Assembly (NCBI GenBank): GCA_008690995.1 | Contig: VRMN01000001.1 | Location: 1,860,001-1,924,000 of the forward strand | Direction: 5' to 3' | DNA from: Porphyridium purpureum | Taxonomy: Eukaryota | Length of the DNA stretch: 64,000 nucleotides | Part shown: in pieces, positions 53,895 to 64,000 of the stretch | Layout: each line of letters starts with the position of its first letter | How positions within the stretch are numbered: the first letter of the stretch is position 1 | Notes under the pieces: generated by a model | Told to the model about the DNA's origin: nothing | Databases searched by the model: none | What the model saw: the letters and a program-made list of their open reading frames with translations, nothing else | Program-made: the position numbers and the translations under genes

Positions 53895-55506
53895 TACGAT
53901 CAAGTCTCTACGTCTCTGCGTCTGTGCTGCGTATCGTCTGCTCCTCCTCGGCAAACTGTTGCGCACACGCGAGCACATATTCACTGTACTCACACTGTAC
54001 CCCACCGGATTCTGTTCGATCTGGCGCTCAAGCAAGCGGGTGCAGGCGACGACGACACGGTTGCGGGGCAGCAGCGCGACGAGGCGATGGACGAGCCTCC
54101 GGAGCTTGCTGTAGTCGTCATACGACAGCTAGCAGGCGCAGAGCGCTGCTCTCGCTGAGGCATCGCATTCGTGGCCAGCGCTGACCGCTGTATGTTCAGT
54201 GTTTTTCGGACTCGAGCGGCATAGTGATGCTGAGCTAGGTGCTTGAATCTCAGGAAATGACAAGTTCTACGGGGAATTAGGAGACACGGAGCAGTGCCCG
54301 ACTAGTGCTCAATAAAAGTCGAGTGACTCTTGTGGCTGCGACAGTACATCCAGACTGTGAGGCCTGGTTGAGCAGGACTGCTGATGGTACAAAGATCGAG
54401 TCTACCCTGACGTGTGAGAGGCGTGCATGACTGTGAGTCTGATAAGCCATAAACCCCCCACCATCTCCATCATGGTGCGAATCGGACCCGTGTCTACAAA
54501 TCACAAGATCTGCCCTTGGTTCTGTGCAATCCAAGTCCAGGTACATTGTCCCACGAGCGCCTCCTACGCGCACTGAAGCAGCATGCGCTCTGCATCTGAG
54601 ATGGTCAGCGCACAGACATCTGTCAAAACAACTGGGACGCGTGCCAGCGTATCCAACTTCCTGCCACGCGCCGGGGGCGCAGGATCACGCAGCTCTTGGA
54701 TGTGCGTGATCATGTTCCGCAGCCAAGGTACGCGGAACCCGGTCATTCATTGCGCAGATCTGCGTGAAGCACACGGCCCTGGCGCGCGTGTTTCAGTGCG
54801 TGGCGAGACCAGCGCTCATGCATCCAGCCTGTCCGTGCACCTCACACTTAGCGCCGGGCTCACGCGCGGCAAGTGTAATGCGCGCGGGTGTTCAGTTGCC
54901 GGTAGTGTTCAGCTTCCCGTAGTGTACAGTGTTCGGCGGTTTGTAACGCGCCGGGGAAGAAATTCCGCCCAATTGCATGGTGAGCTGGTGCGTCATCAGC
55001 ACGCTCGTGAAGCTGCGGGACGAACGGCTGTGTGCAAACGAACCGAGCACGACAGCCGGCCTCCCGCTGAACGGCACCGCGCGAATCTTACCGCGGCAAA
55101 TGATTTTGACACTGAAACTGGTATCGCGCTGGTCCGCATCATCGCACGAGAGGTGCGTCGGTTTGTTGCTGTCTGAATTCAGCCATCCTGCTGCTCAACG
55201 TGGACGGCTGCGAGACCAGATTGGTTTCGTGTGCGTGAGGAGCGAGAGCCAGCCAACGTGTACACTATCCCACCATCCGTCATACCCGCAGCAAGTTACA
55301 AAGCACACCGATTCTACAGGATCATCACTCGGGATGTGAATGGTTTTCTCTCCCATTTTACAGTGTGCCAAGATCAGGGACATGACTTCCTGCGCCCTGC
55401 GAGCCCTCCCCGGAGCGTGGCTTCCAAGACTAGGAGCATCATTGCGTGGACGCGCGACGAGTTCTAAGAACTCTGCCGTTTGAAACTGACTCATGTAACT
55501 ATAAGT

Positions 55507-57888
55507 ATGTCCGACTTGTCCGAACAACGAAAAACTCTCTTGGATGCCGGGACGCCACTTTGGCTCGGAGCCCCGAGGCAGCCGACAGCAAGTTCCATGG
55601 GGAGTCACTCCGAGACAAGGAAAGGCATTGGTGGAAGTGTCGCCACCCCGATAACTTCATCCTTGCTGAACGACGAGTTTTGCGACAGCTTCCGCTTTCT
55701 GGATGACAACGTGGTGCGTGAGTGGCTCAACGACACGAGTGATACCGAAACCGTGCGTGCCGACGTTTTGCAAAATGCCATGTTCACGTCTGAAATCACG
55801 TGGGAGGGTAGCGGCGCTTTTGAGGACGGTGTCTCCGGGAAGACCTTTGCGTTCGACGTGTGCGACTTCCTCGTCCTGCCGGTGCGAAGGCTCGGCAACG
55901 GTGTCATGTTGGCAATGGTTGCGGGCGAACGCCCGCCGCGGCACATTCTAAACACCAAACAAAGCGGCAAACCCTTTTGTATTCGTGCCGCTTTCAAAAT
56001 GGATGATGTGCATGGGATCTTTTACGCGTGCCAGCGAACGTACCAGAATCGCAAAATCATCAACGTGTGTGCCATCTTGGACGAGCTCCATCACACCGAG
56101 GTGCTCGTGATGGAGCGAACTGCGAAACACTCCCAGGGGTGGCGTGTGATTGCGCGCTCGCAAGACGAGCTAATACGCACGTGCCCATACTGTGAATTGC
56201 TTGGATATCGGAAGTGCTGCTGCGCACCGGACTTTCGAAAGCGCATGTTCCATGGCATCGTGTCGCTGAATGCGCCCCAATTAGAGCAAGCCAAGGCGCA
56301 AGGACAATTACTACAAAATGGCACAACCTCACTGCTGAAAGATCTGGCCTGGAGTGACTTCAAAATACGTTTCGAAAGCGGCGCGACCGGTCGCAAAATG
56401 GGCTTTAGTCGTGTCATGTGTCCGAGCGGCGAGGGTGGTGAAGTCAAAGTTCTCAAAGAAGCGTCGTACGAAGCTTTGCACTGTGACTGGGCGCAATACC
56501 GGCTCATGAACCGTGTTACGCCATTCAAAGTTGCAAATGTCGCGGACGAATCACAGCGCGCGTACCGCGCCAAATGCATGCTGACTTGCTTTTTGACAAC
56601 GCTCCGCGGCAGCAGTGCTCGTCGCATGCTGTCTGATCTGACATTTGACAGTCGTCCAGTTGCAGCAGGTGCGGAAACTATGAGCTTGGTGCCGGAATTT
56701 CGATCCGACACAAATGACCAAGAAGATACAAGCTCAGAGCACATACCGTTGCTTCCTTTGCAGGCCGAGAGCGACGCGCTACAAAACAATCGTACAGGAG
56801 ACGTGACTGTACATTCTGCTTTCGCGGCCGCACTTCCTAGCGCAGGTCCTGGCTTATCCCAGATTCATGTTTTTGGAGGCGACGTTCGCTTGAAGGACTG
56901 GCTAGAAAGTGCAATTTCGAAAGACCACACTAGGGATGAACCCGACTGGCCCTTGGCGCTGACTCCCGAAGTGTGCGCACTTTCATCGAACGCAGAATCT
57001 TTCCAACACACTCCTAGGTCTTTTGCCGGACCGAGACATCCAACTGACGACGGAGTACATATGCTCGACGTGGAGTTTTCTCAACTACCGCGAAGTCATG
57101 CGGATTCGCCATCGACCTCGCGCAGTAAGCGCGGTTTCGACTTGGCATGCTCGTCGCTTGTTGATAGCCATGTAAGTAGCGCCGGTGACCAAATGATTGA
57201 CGGATCTCGAGATGATGAAGAATCCGCTGAGTTTGGACTTTTTCTGAAGCGCGCGTGCATGAAACACAAGCTCTCAAAATCTGCACCGGCTTCCTCGCCT
57301 ATTATATCGAACGTTTTGCCGGTACGGGCCGAAAGCCTTGATACAAATTCGTCACTTCTCGCGGCAAGGGATACAGAGGCATACTCGGTAGTGAACAGAT
57401 GTGCCCCAGGTGCACAAGCGCGACCCGATGACTCTGACACGTCATTGACCAGTCCATCGCCCAAAGGATTGGTCGATCCATCAAACGAAATTGTCTCAGC
57501 CGTCGATGAAGCGACGGGGACGTCTGGCTGGAAGTGCATGCTTTGTGGCAATTTTTCAAATCGTCGATATAATATTTTGCGCCATATTCAGATTGTACAT
57601 TACGCCACAAAGCGTTTCTGCTGCCGCTTCTGCGATCAAAAGTTCGCGCTGCGGCAGCACCTGGACACCCATGAACGGATTGTGCACAAGACCATGCGCC
57701 CGTTTGCGTGCAACCATTGCGAGCAGCAATTTTCCACTGCAGGCAATTTGCGAAAACATTTGAAGAGCGCTCATGAACAGACTGAGCTTCCGGCGTTTTT
57801 AGCGCCAATGCAGAGTAAGCGATCGAGCTCGTTTCAAGCGCCACCATCCGACCTTGAAGAAAAAAACGTAGGACCACACCGTAGATAA
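55507..57888 (+). CDS. C2H2 zinc-finger protein (three C-terminal fingers)
   Basis: CMLC...HIQIVH, CRFC...HERIVH, RPFACNHC...HLKSAH; N-terminal CPYC...CCC cluster. Confidence 0.9.
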   Translation: MSDLSEQRKTLLDAGTPLWLGAPRQPTASSMGSHSETRKGIGGSVATPITSSLLNDEFCDSFRFLDDNVVREWLNDTSDTETVRADVLQNAMFTSEITWEGSGAFEDGVSGKTFAFDVCDFLVLPVRRLGNGVMLAMVAGERPPRHILNTKQSGKPFCIRAAFKMDDVHGIFYACQRTYQNRKIINVCAILDELHHTEVLVMERTAKHSQGWRVIARSQDELIRTCPYCELLGYRKCCCAPDFRKRMFHGIVSLNAPQLEQAKAQGQLLQNGTTSLLKDLAWSDFKIRFESGATGRKMGFSRVMCPSGEGGEVKVLKEASYEALHCDWAQYRLMNRVTPFKVANVADESQRAYRAKCMLTCFLTTLRGSSARRMLSDLTFDSRPVAAGAETMSLVPEFRSDTNDQEDTSSEHIPLLPLQAESDALQNNRTGDVTVHSAFAAALPSAGPGLSQIHVFGGDVRLKDWLESAISKDHTRDEPDWPLALTPEVCALSSNAESFQHTPRSFAGPRHPTDDGVHMLDVEFSQLPRSHADSPSTSRSKRGFDLACSSLVDSHVSSAGDQMIDGSRDDEESAEFGLFLKRACMKHKLSKSAPASSPIISNVLPVRAESLDTNSSLLAARDTEAYSVVNRCAPGAQARPDDSDTSLTSPSPKGLVDPSNEIVSAVDEATGTSGWKCMLCGNFSNRRYNILRHIQIVHYATKRFCCRFCDQKFALRQHLDTHERIVHKTMRPFACNHCEQQFSTAGNLRKHLKSAHEQTELPAFLAPMQSKRSSSFQAPPSDLEEKNVGPHRR

Positions 57889-57965
57889 AAGAACGGAATG
57901 CTATTTTTCAATTGTCACGTACCTTGCAAAGCACGCACGACACGTGACCTGATTTCGAACACTAT

Positions 57966-60512
57966 TCATCCGTCTGACGTGCGTGCCCGTTTCCAAGCAC
58001 GCGCCAAGCTCACGAGCCCCGAAGCCGAATCTTGCGCTGACCCCCGCCGCTGCGGACTTGCAGGGCAATCTGCAGTGGTAGCGCCTTCGCCGCTCCTGAT
58101 TTCCTGCCCTCCCTTCTCCGCTACTGCAACTGGAGCTTTCGCGCCGGGTTCGGCAGACCCGCCATCGCCAAACACGTAGTCTTGTTTCGATTCGTACATT
58201 ATGAGACGTGGGCGCTTGGGCTCTAGTTCAGATTCAACCACGCTCGCATCACCAAGCACGCTTCTAGTCTCAAACTCAAGCCATGTATCCAGTATACCTG
58301 CCCGCGCCTTCTTCGCGACCCACAAAGCGTCTGTTGCCGTTGCAGAATTGCGATCCAATTGAGTCTCATCCTCTTGCTGATTCGCTGCGCGCTTGGCAAG
58401 CTCTTCCATAGCCTCATCGGCGCGCCGAAAGACACAACGAACGCGCCTTCCAGTCTCGCTGCCGGGATGTGGCTTCGCTGGGAGGTGCGACAATAAATTT
58501 GATCCTGAGCGACCAGTGCCGCTTTCTTCCTCGCCGACTTGCTGCTCAAAGGCGGCGTACGACAAGAAAACATCAGCAAGTGCCTGCACAAGCTGTGATC
58601 CGAATGGCTGTTGTGCGTAGTGCTGTATAAGACCTTCATACAACTTACGTGCTTGCTCCGTCTCACCTAGTTCCACCTCAAAGTCAATGTAAATTTTCCA
58701 CAGTGACTGTGGCGAGTCCAGAATGTCTTTCCTCGACAGCGCAATCTCAAGCAGAGCACGCGCGCGCTCCGTCTCATGCATGGCAATTTCGAAACGTGCG
58801 TACTCGGTCCACGCCAGCGCGGAGCCTGGCAGATTCTCGATCCATTTTTCATGGATGGTGCGGCAACGCGGCAGTTCGCCGAGCGCAAGTTCAAGAGAAA
58901 TGTATTCGCGATAAACTCGCGCTTTGCTGGCGCAGTATCCTAGCGCCTGCCCAAATAGACGCCGCGCGGCACTAAGCTCGTGTCGTCGCAGCTCGAGCTG
59001 CGCCGCGAGCAGCCACAACTTGCCCGAAGAGAATTGCGAATGTGGAACGCGGCGCAGTGCGCGCCGATACACCTCACGGGCGCGTTCTCTTCCAGGTGTA
59101 GATGACCCCACCTGATTCTGCACCTGCTCTGGCTCCAGCGATTCCTCCCATACTGCGTACTTAATCCATAAATAGATGTACCGCCGCCAGCGCACTGACT
59201 TGTGATTCTCACTTCGCAATGCTTTCGATATGCAAGCCACTGCTCGCTCAAAGCATGCGCGTATGCGCTCAGCGGTAACACCGCCTTGCCATTTCGCTTT
59301 CTGAGCCAGCTGGGCGTCGTACGCCTGCTCCAGCATACGCAAGTAGTCAAACCATGCTTCAGCATCGGATGGCGTGCGCGCGAGATTTCTTTCATACTCG
59401 GAAGCTCGTTTTTCAACGAGCAAGGCCTCGGTGCTCTCGCGCTCGCCGAACTGCTTCTCGAATTGCGCGTACGCTTCCATGAGCGTATCATACTCGGCGT
59501 GCGCCAAGTGGTCGGGTTCACTCGTGGTTTCAGATGGGGACTTGGAAGAGCATGCCGCCGCAAAAATTTCAAGAGCGCCGACAAAGATGGCGCGCGCCCT
59601 AGTCAATTCTTTCGCGCGTGTCTCGAACTGGGCAAAAGCAATGACCTCGCGTGAAGTCACCTCGACTTGCGGCAAGTGACGAATCATGCGCTCAAACACG
59701 CCTCGTGCCGCGTTCACATTGCCTAACTGCTCCTCAAATGCTGCGTACCTGAGAAATGCAGTCGCACGTGGTATGCGAGAAACATAAGTTTCCAACACTT
59801 CGCGCGCACCTTGCTCATTGCCTTGGCGCAGCTCAAAGCTCACAAACAGCGACCACGCGTTGTCACTTGGTCGCCACGCCATCCACCTCCAAAAGACGGC
59901 GCGTGCACGCGTGGGCTCGCGCAGTACCTGCTCCAGCACAGCGTACCGGCTCCATATTTGTGCGTCGCCCGGCAAAGTACTCACAGCGCGATCCAGAACA
60001 TTGCGTGCGTGGTTCACAAAGCCGGCCTTCGTCTCCATTTCAGCGTATGCCAGCCATACTGATGCGACGCGGGCGTGCGTGTCCAGTGCGCGTTCATAGA
60101 CTGAACGAGCACGCACCAGGTCACGTTGTCCTTCCTCCCAGCGTGCGTAACGCACCCACAGCCCCACAAAGCTATGGCTGTGCGCAAGCCGTCGTTCCCA
60201 CTTTTCGCGCTCTTTGCGCTGATAGTGAGCAACCTCGGACGCATCCTTCAGCAGCACCTGCCGGTTCGTCTCAATGCCCGAGTCATCGCGCTCCTCACGA
60301 TTCTCCCAAGCTTCGCGCAGCAGCTGCTCCGCGCTGATTTGAATTGCCGATGGCGCCTTATTCCGGACGCGCACCGGCCCTCCTGCAGCCGGTGCGGCAG
60401 ACATCCGCGACGATGTAAGCGCAGGCGCAGGTGACGGCGCGTGCTCCACCATTCGCGTAGATGCTGGCCCCGTCACTGCCTCCGCCACGTCCCCGTCTGA
60501 CTCCATCTCCAT
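57966..60512 (-). CDS. CRNKL1: Crooked-neck-like splicing factor (Clf1/Syf3), HAT repeats
   Basis: VRNKAPSAIQISAEQLLREA, RARSVYERALD, VNHARNVLDRAV, WRRYIYLWIKYA, LARAWK. Confidence 0.95.
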   Translation of the reverse strand: MEMESDGDVAEAVTGPASTRMVEHAPSPAPALTSSRMSAAPAAGGPVRVRNKAPSAIQISAEQLLREAWENREERDDSGIETNRQVLLKDASEVAHYQRKEREKWERRLAHSHSFVGLWVRYARWEEGQRDLVRARSVYERALDTHARVASVWLAYAEMETKAGFVNHARNVLDRAVSTLPGDAQIWSRYAVLEQVLREPTRARAVFWRWMAWRPSDNAWSLFVSFELRQGNEQGAREVLETYVSRIPRATAFLRYAAFEEQLGNVNAARGVFERMIRHLPQVEVTSREVIAFAQFETRAKELTRARAIFVGALEIFAAACSSKSPSETTSEPDHLAHAEYDTLMEAYAQFEKQFGERESTEALLVEKRASEYERNLARTPSDAEAWFDYLRMLEQAYDAQLAQKAKWQGGVTAERIRACFERAVACISKALRSENHKSVRWRRYIYLWIKYAVWEESLEPEQVQNQVGSSTPGRERAREVYRRALRRVPHSQFSSGKLWLLAAQLELRRHELSAARRLFGQALGYCASKARVYREYISLELALGELPRCRTIHEKWIENLPGSALAWTEYARFEIAMHETERARALLEIALSRKDILDSPQSLWKIYIDFEVELGETEQARKLYEGLIQHYAQQPFGSQLVQALADVFLSYAAFEQQVGEEESGTGRSGSNLLSHLPAKPHPGSETGRRVRCVFRRADEAMEELAKRAANQQEDETQLDRNSATATDALWVAKKARAGILDTWLEFETRSVLGDASVVESELEPKRPRLIMYESKQDYVFGDGGSAEPGAKAPVAVAEKGGQEIRSGEGATTADCPASPQRRGSAQDSASGLVSLARAWKRARTSDG

Positions 60513-60579
60513 TCTCGCGTTGACGCTGCTTGTTTGCTCCGTTTCTGGGTACACGACATGTCGGGATGTCGCGTCTGCT

Positions 60580-61869
60580 TTATTCTTCTATTTTCTGGCG
60601 CTTGTTGGGCTTGGAGGGATCGACGCCTTGCTCTTCACAAGATGCCGGGAGTGCGTCTGGCCCCTCCAGCTTCGCTTGCTTGTCTGCAGGACTACGTTTA
60701 TCTACTTCCAGCGGTCGCTTTTTGAGATTCACATGTTGTGCAGCTGTCTGCGATCCGTCCGGCGCTCCGTTTTCGACAGACACGAGCAGTTCATCTTGTA
60801 CCAGATGTGATCGTCCAAGGCTTTCACAATCAGTTTCAAGCTTTCCTCCAGAGTCGCTTTTCCCAATCAGGTTTGTGTTTTCTTGTGCTTGCTGTGTCAC
60901 GGCAGGAGTTCGAGCTTCCCCAGTGTCCGACAGTGGCTCGGCCTGTTGTTCCATATCTGATCTTTCTTGTGTTTCGGCCGCGGCAGTGTCTAATTCAGAA
61001 TTTCCTCCAGCCTTGTCATGGGTCCGTGAAGACGGCGACAGAATATCGTCAGTCGGCTTGGAGTGCTGCTCGGCGGCATGCACGTGCAGAGTGCCTCCTG
61101 TACCGGAGGTAATTGCATTTGCAGCTGCTTCACCGTCGTCAAGTTTCGGCCTCGGCTCTTCCTTCTGCTGCTGCAAAAACTTTGCAACATCTGCCTCTGG
61201 GCCATCCAACTGACTTCGTTGCAATTGAAGTGCGTTTCCGTGAGACACAGCTTCCGATGCGTCCGGCGCATGTTTTAATTCGCCCTTTGAAGCTGTATCT
61301 GTATCGCACGCCTTTTGAGCGCCCTGCTCGGATGCGTCCTCACGATTCGTGAACATCGTCTTCGCACGGTCCTGCGGTTCTTCGGCCAAGGTATGTGATG
61401 TGCCTTGAGCGCATAACGAAGACGTGCGCCCTTCTTCCTTTCCAATACCCTCAAGACCTCCATCCATTTGTGCATCATGGAGAGACGTCAGCTCAGGCAC
61501 GACGGCCTTCTCACTTTCGAGCGGTTTCGGCGTCAGGCTGTCACTTGCATCGGCCAGCTTTGCCGGTGCCGTGGCGTCGTCCGTGTTCTCCTGCAATGCC
61601 TCTTGCTTGGCTGCGGCGTCTGATGCCTCTGCGCGTTCTTCGTTTGGATGTGCCATAGCACGAGCGCGAACTGCGGCCTGACGTTGCGCGACGAGCTCGA
61701 CTTGGTCAAGCCCGCCGCGCACCCATTTGCGCACTTGGACGTCATGAACACTCACGCGCTCGAACTTCCACGGCCGCACCGGGCGGTCCAGACTGGGCAC
61801 CTCGTCTGTACCTGCCTCTGCCTGCTGCGCGCGCCGCAGCTCGCCGCGCGTGCCTACACCGCGCAGCAT
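60580..61869 (-). CDS. BCL7/BDH-like protein (short N-terminal BCL domain, long disordered acidic tail, C-terminal NLS)
   Basis: TRGELRRA...PVRPWKFERVSV...VRKWV resembles BCL7 VRKWEKKWVTV...YKWVP; KPNKRQK at the C-terminus. Confidence 0.6.
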   Translation of the reverse strand: MLRGVGTRGELRRAQQAEAGTDEVPSLDRPVRPWKFERVSVHDVQVRKWVRGGLDQVELVAQRQAAVRARAMAHPNEERAEASDAAAKQEALQENTDDATAPAKLADASDSLTPKPLESEKAVVPELTSLHDAQMDGGLEGIGKEEGRTSSLCAQGTSHTLAEEPQDRAKTMFTNREDASEQGAQKACDTDTASKGELKHAPDASEAVSHGNALQLQRSQLDGPEADVAKFLQQQKEEPRPKLDDGEAAANAITSGTGGTLHVHAAEQHSKPTDDILSPSSRTHDKAGGNSELDTAAAETQERSDMEQQAEPLSDTGEARTPAVTQQAQENTNLIGKSDSGGKLETDCESLGRSHLVQDELLVSVENGAPDGSQTAAQHVNLKKRPLEVDKRSPADKQAKLEGPDALPASCEEQGVDPSKPNKRQKIEE

Positions 61870-61895
61870 TGCATACAGACACTCCCACCAAGCTC

Positions 61896-61896
<1 letters not shown>

Positions 61897-61930
<34 letters not shown>
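61897..61930. repeat. (TC)17 microsatellite in the 5' region of the BCL7-like gene
   Basis: Read directly. Confidence 0.95.
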
Positions 61931-61933
<3 letters not shown>

Positions 61934-62160
61934 AGTCACCCCAACCCAAGACCCCATCCACTTCCGCGCGCGCTCCCCAAAACTGTACCTGTGTTCAGTG
62001 TAACTGTACCGCAAACTGATTCCTCTGTTGTGTACACTAACGTTCAGTTAGCGCGTGTACAGTGGCCAGAACACCCTCTTTGCGGCTGAGTCGCGGCGTT
62101 GAACGCTGATGCGAAGCGGAGAGGTTGAGTGAACCGAGGAAAGAGCGCGTCATTTGCGGG

Positions 62161-63141
62161 ATGGATGGGCGAGAGCGCCCGGTAGAGGCCGGCCTCGATG
62201 GAGCTGGAGCAGACGCAGTGCCTCTGCGTCTACGGAACGGGCCCGGGGACGGCTGGATGCGCGCCTTGTGGATCGGGATGGTGAGTGGTGGCGTCGCAGG
62301 CACGTGCGTCGATCTGGCGCTGTTCCCACTGGATACCATCAAGACCCGCCTGCAGGCGTCACCCGCTGCCAGCGGCGTCGCTGCGGCAAGAAGTTCCACG
62401 TGGCTCTTCGCTGGGCTGTATCGAGGCATCGGACCTGCGCTGGCCGCCTCAGCGCCATGTGGGGCCTTGTTTTTTGCCACTTATGATATTTCGAAGCACG
62501 TGCTGTTCGCGAGCGACTGGTTCCGCGAACTCGAACGAGCGAGTGCCAAGAGCAACACCTCGTCGCATGTCAAGATCGCCACTCTCGGAATTCATATGAC
62601 TGCGGCCATGTTAGGCGACGCCGTCTCTTCCGTGGTGCGCACGCCGTTCGAGGTCGTCAAGCAGCAAATGCAGGCGGCTCATGCTCCCTGCGGGGTGGTA
62701 CCGTCTGCCTCGATGCTTGCCCAGAGCATGTGGCGCTCGAATATGCGAGGAAGCGCATTCTATGGAGCTTACTTGTCGCTGCTGTTCCGGGAACTTCCAT
62801 TTGATCTTATCGAGTATCCGCTTTACGAGTACTTACGGAGCAAGGAAAGTGCCCAGGGCTCAGGCTCTGTGTGGTTCAAGGCTGGTTGTGGCGTGCTTGC
62901 TGGAGGGATTGCCGCAAGCATCACAACTCCACTGGACGTGGCGAAGACACGTATTATGCTTCAGGACCAGCGGGCGCCAAGGTACACCGGTGTTGCGCAG
63001 GCTATCAATAAGATCTGGAAGGAAGAAGGCGCGAGCGCTCTTTATCGTGGTGTCGTGCCGAGAACGGCCTGGATTTCGCTCGGCGGTGGAATCTTTTTTG
63101 GGTTCTACGAAGCAACCAAGGCCCTCTTGCAACCGCAGTAG
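62161..63141 (+). CDS. Mitochondrial carrier, S-adenosylmethionine transporter-like (SAMC/Pet8/SLC25A26)
   Basis: Three PxD/ExxK motifs (PLDTIKTRLQ, PFEVVKQ, PLDVAKTRIM); RELPF and WISLGGGIFFGFYE typical of SAMC. Confidence 0.9.
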   Translation: MDGRERPVEAGLDGAGADAVPLRLRNGPGDGWMRALWIGMVSGGVAGTCVDLALFPLDTIKTRLQASPAASGVAAARSSTWLFAGLYRGIGPALAASAPCGALFFATYDISKHVLFASDWFRELERASAKSNTSSHVKIATLGIHMTAAMLGDAVSSVVRTPFEVVKQQMQAAHAPCGVVPSASMLAQSMWRSNMRGSAFYGAYLSLLFRELPFDLIEYPLYEYLRSKESAQGSGSVWFKAGCGVLAGGIAASITTPLDVAKTRIMLQDQRAPRYTGVAQAINKIWKEEGASALYRGVVPRTAWISLGGGIFFGFYEATKALLQPQ

Positions 63142-63545
63142 AGTGCGGACCGCATCGTTCAAACCCGAAAAGGCTCAACAGCGCGGCTGCAGATTATTCT
63201 CAAATGAACTGACTTTGACAGGCAGACCGAGAGACAAGATTCCGAAAAATGTGTCTCCAGGCACCTTTGGGGAGGAGTCATCTTGTCTCTGGTCGTCGAC
63301 AGTTTTCGCACGACAGAACCCATTCCTTTCCGATCTGGTCAAAGTGCGAACGCTGAGGGGATCGACACGATGCAGCAAACATTAGAATATGACCTCAAAA
63401 CGACGTCCGGCTAATGATTGGAATTAGTTAACTTTAGCTATCACTGACACGTCTCACCACAGGCTCAGCAGAGTTTTGGCAAACTTTCACGCGCACACGA
63501 ATCCTAGAATTAGTAGTATTTGTTTTGTACAACACACAATTTCAA

Positions 63546-64000
63546 CTAGAGCTTGGTAAGATCATCAGCATCCACCTCGCGCGACTGTCCCAACGCCGGC
63601 GTATTCATCGCGGTAATGTCGCAGTCTCTCGGCACCGTGAATGTCGTATCCACCACTAAGCCCATACTACTCTTGCCTGTACCTGTTTCTGCCAACGAGC
63701 GGGATGGCAATTGGACTGGCGTCTGCAAACCATCTGAACTCGTTCCGTTAGGTTGCGCTGCCGCGTCGTGCACGGCCACGCTTGCACTTGCCTCGGCTTT
63801 TGGTGATACTGCGGTGTCACTGCCCCAAAACCAGCTGGACAAATTCCCTAGCACATCAGAGATGGTATTCGCTTGCTCCTCACCCACCAGCGCACGGGCA
63901 TCTAAGTTCGAGAAAGTCTTGTAAAGGCGAAAGCCCATGTCTTCCAACGCGCTCTCGACGCGAAAGTCGTTACCAAGGGTGGATGCATCTACAGTACTAC
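63546..64000 (-). CDS. C-terminal part of an unidentified gene entering from the right edge
   Basis: Reading frame open from 63998 to the stop at 63546. Confidence 0.55.
   Translation of the reverse strand, partial: STVDASTLGNDFRVESALEDMGFRLYKTFSNLDARALVGEEQANTISDVLGNLSSWFWGSDTAVSPKAEASASVAVHDAAAQPNGTSSDGLQTPVQLPSRSLAETGTGKSSMGLVVDTTFTVPRDCDITAMNTPALGQSREVDADDLTKL

Overview
Gene-dense, essentially intron-free eukaryotic nuclear DNA of roughly 55% GC. Gene content (EGY, RUS/DUF647 and cyanobacterial-type CobW with plastid-like leaders) and compactness suggest a unicellular red alga such as Porphyridium; this is inference only. About 28 protein genes are supportable: RNR small subunit (partial), a GT61 glycosyltransferase, two tandem COG0523/CobW genes, a TLDc protein, an EGY-type M50 protein, MAPKK, a soluble R-SNARE, LSM14/Scd6, a Rad60-SLD protein, two tandem 18-Cys secreted paralogs, SF3A3, PSMA2, RPS21, a FAR-17a/AIG1 protein, a TKL kinase, a SAM protein, a REX1B-like protein, RUS, a C2H2 factor, CRNKL1, a BCL7-like protein, a SAM carrier and several hypotheticals. 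No rRNA, convincing tRNA, CRISPR array or intact transposon was seen. The most notable items are: (1) a COG0523 locus with a pseudo-GTPase::active-GTPase fusion, a free-standing pseudo-GTPase paralog, and a frameshift whose repair restores the conserved C-terminus; (2) a strand-oriented GTACAG(T/C) motif upstream of many genes; (3) an HExxH-less EGY pseudoprotease; (4) exact 63-bp and 18-bp promoter repeats; (5) a basic-region plus peptidoglycan-binding-like protein. All calls come from motif recognition by eye; no searches were run.
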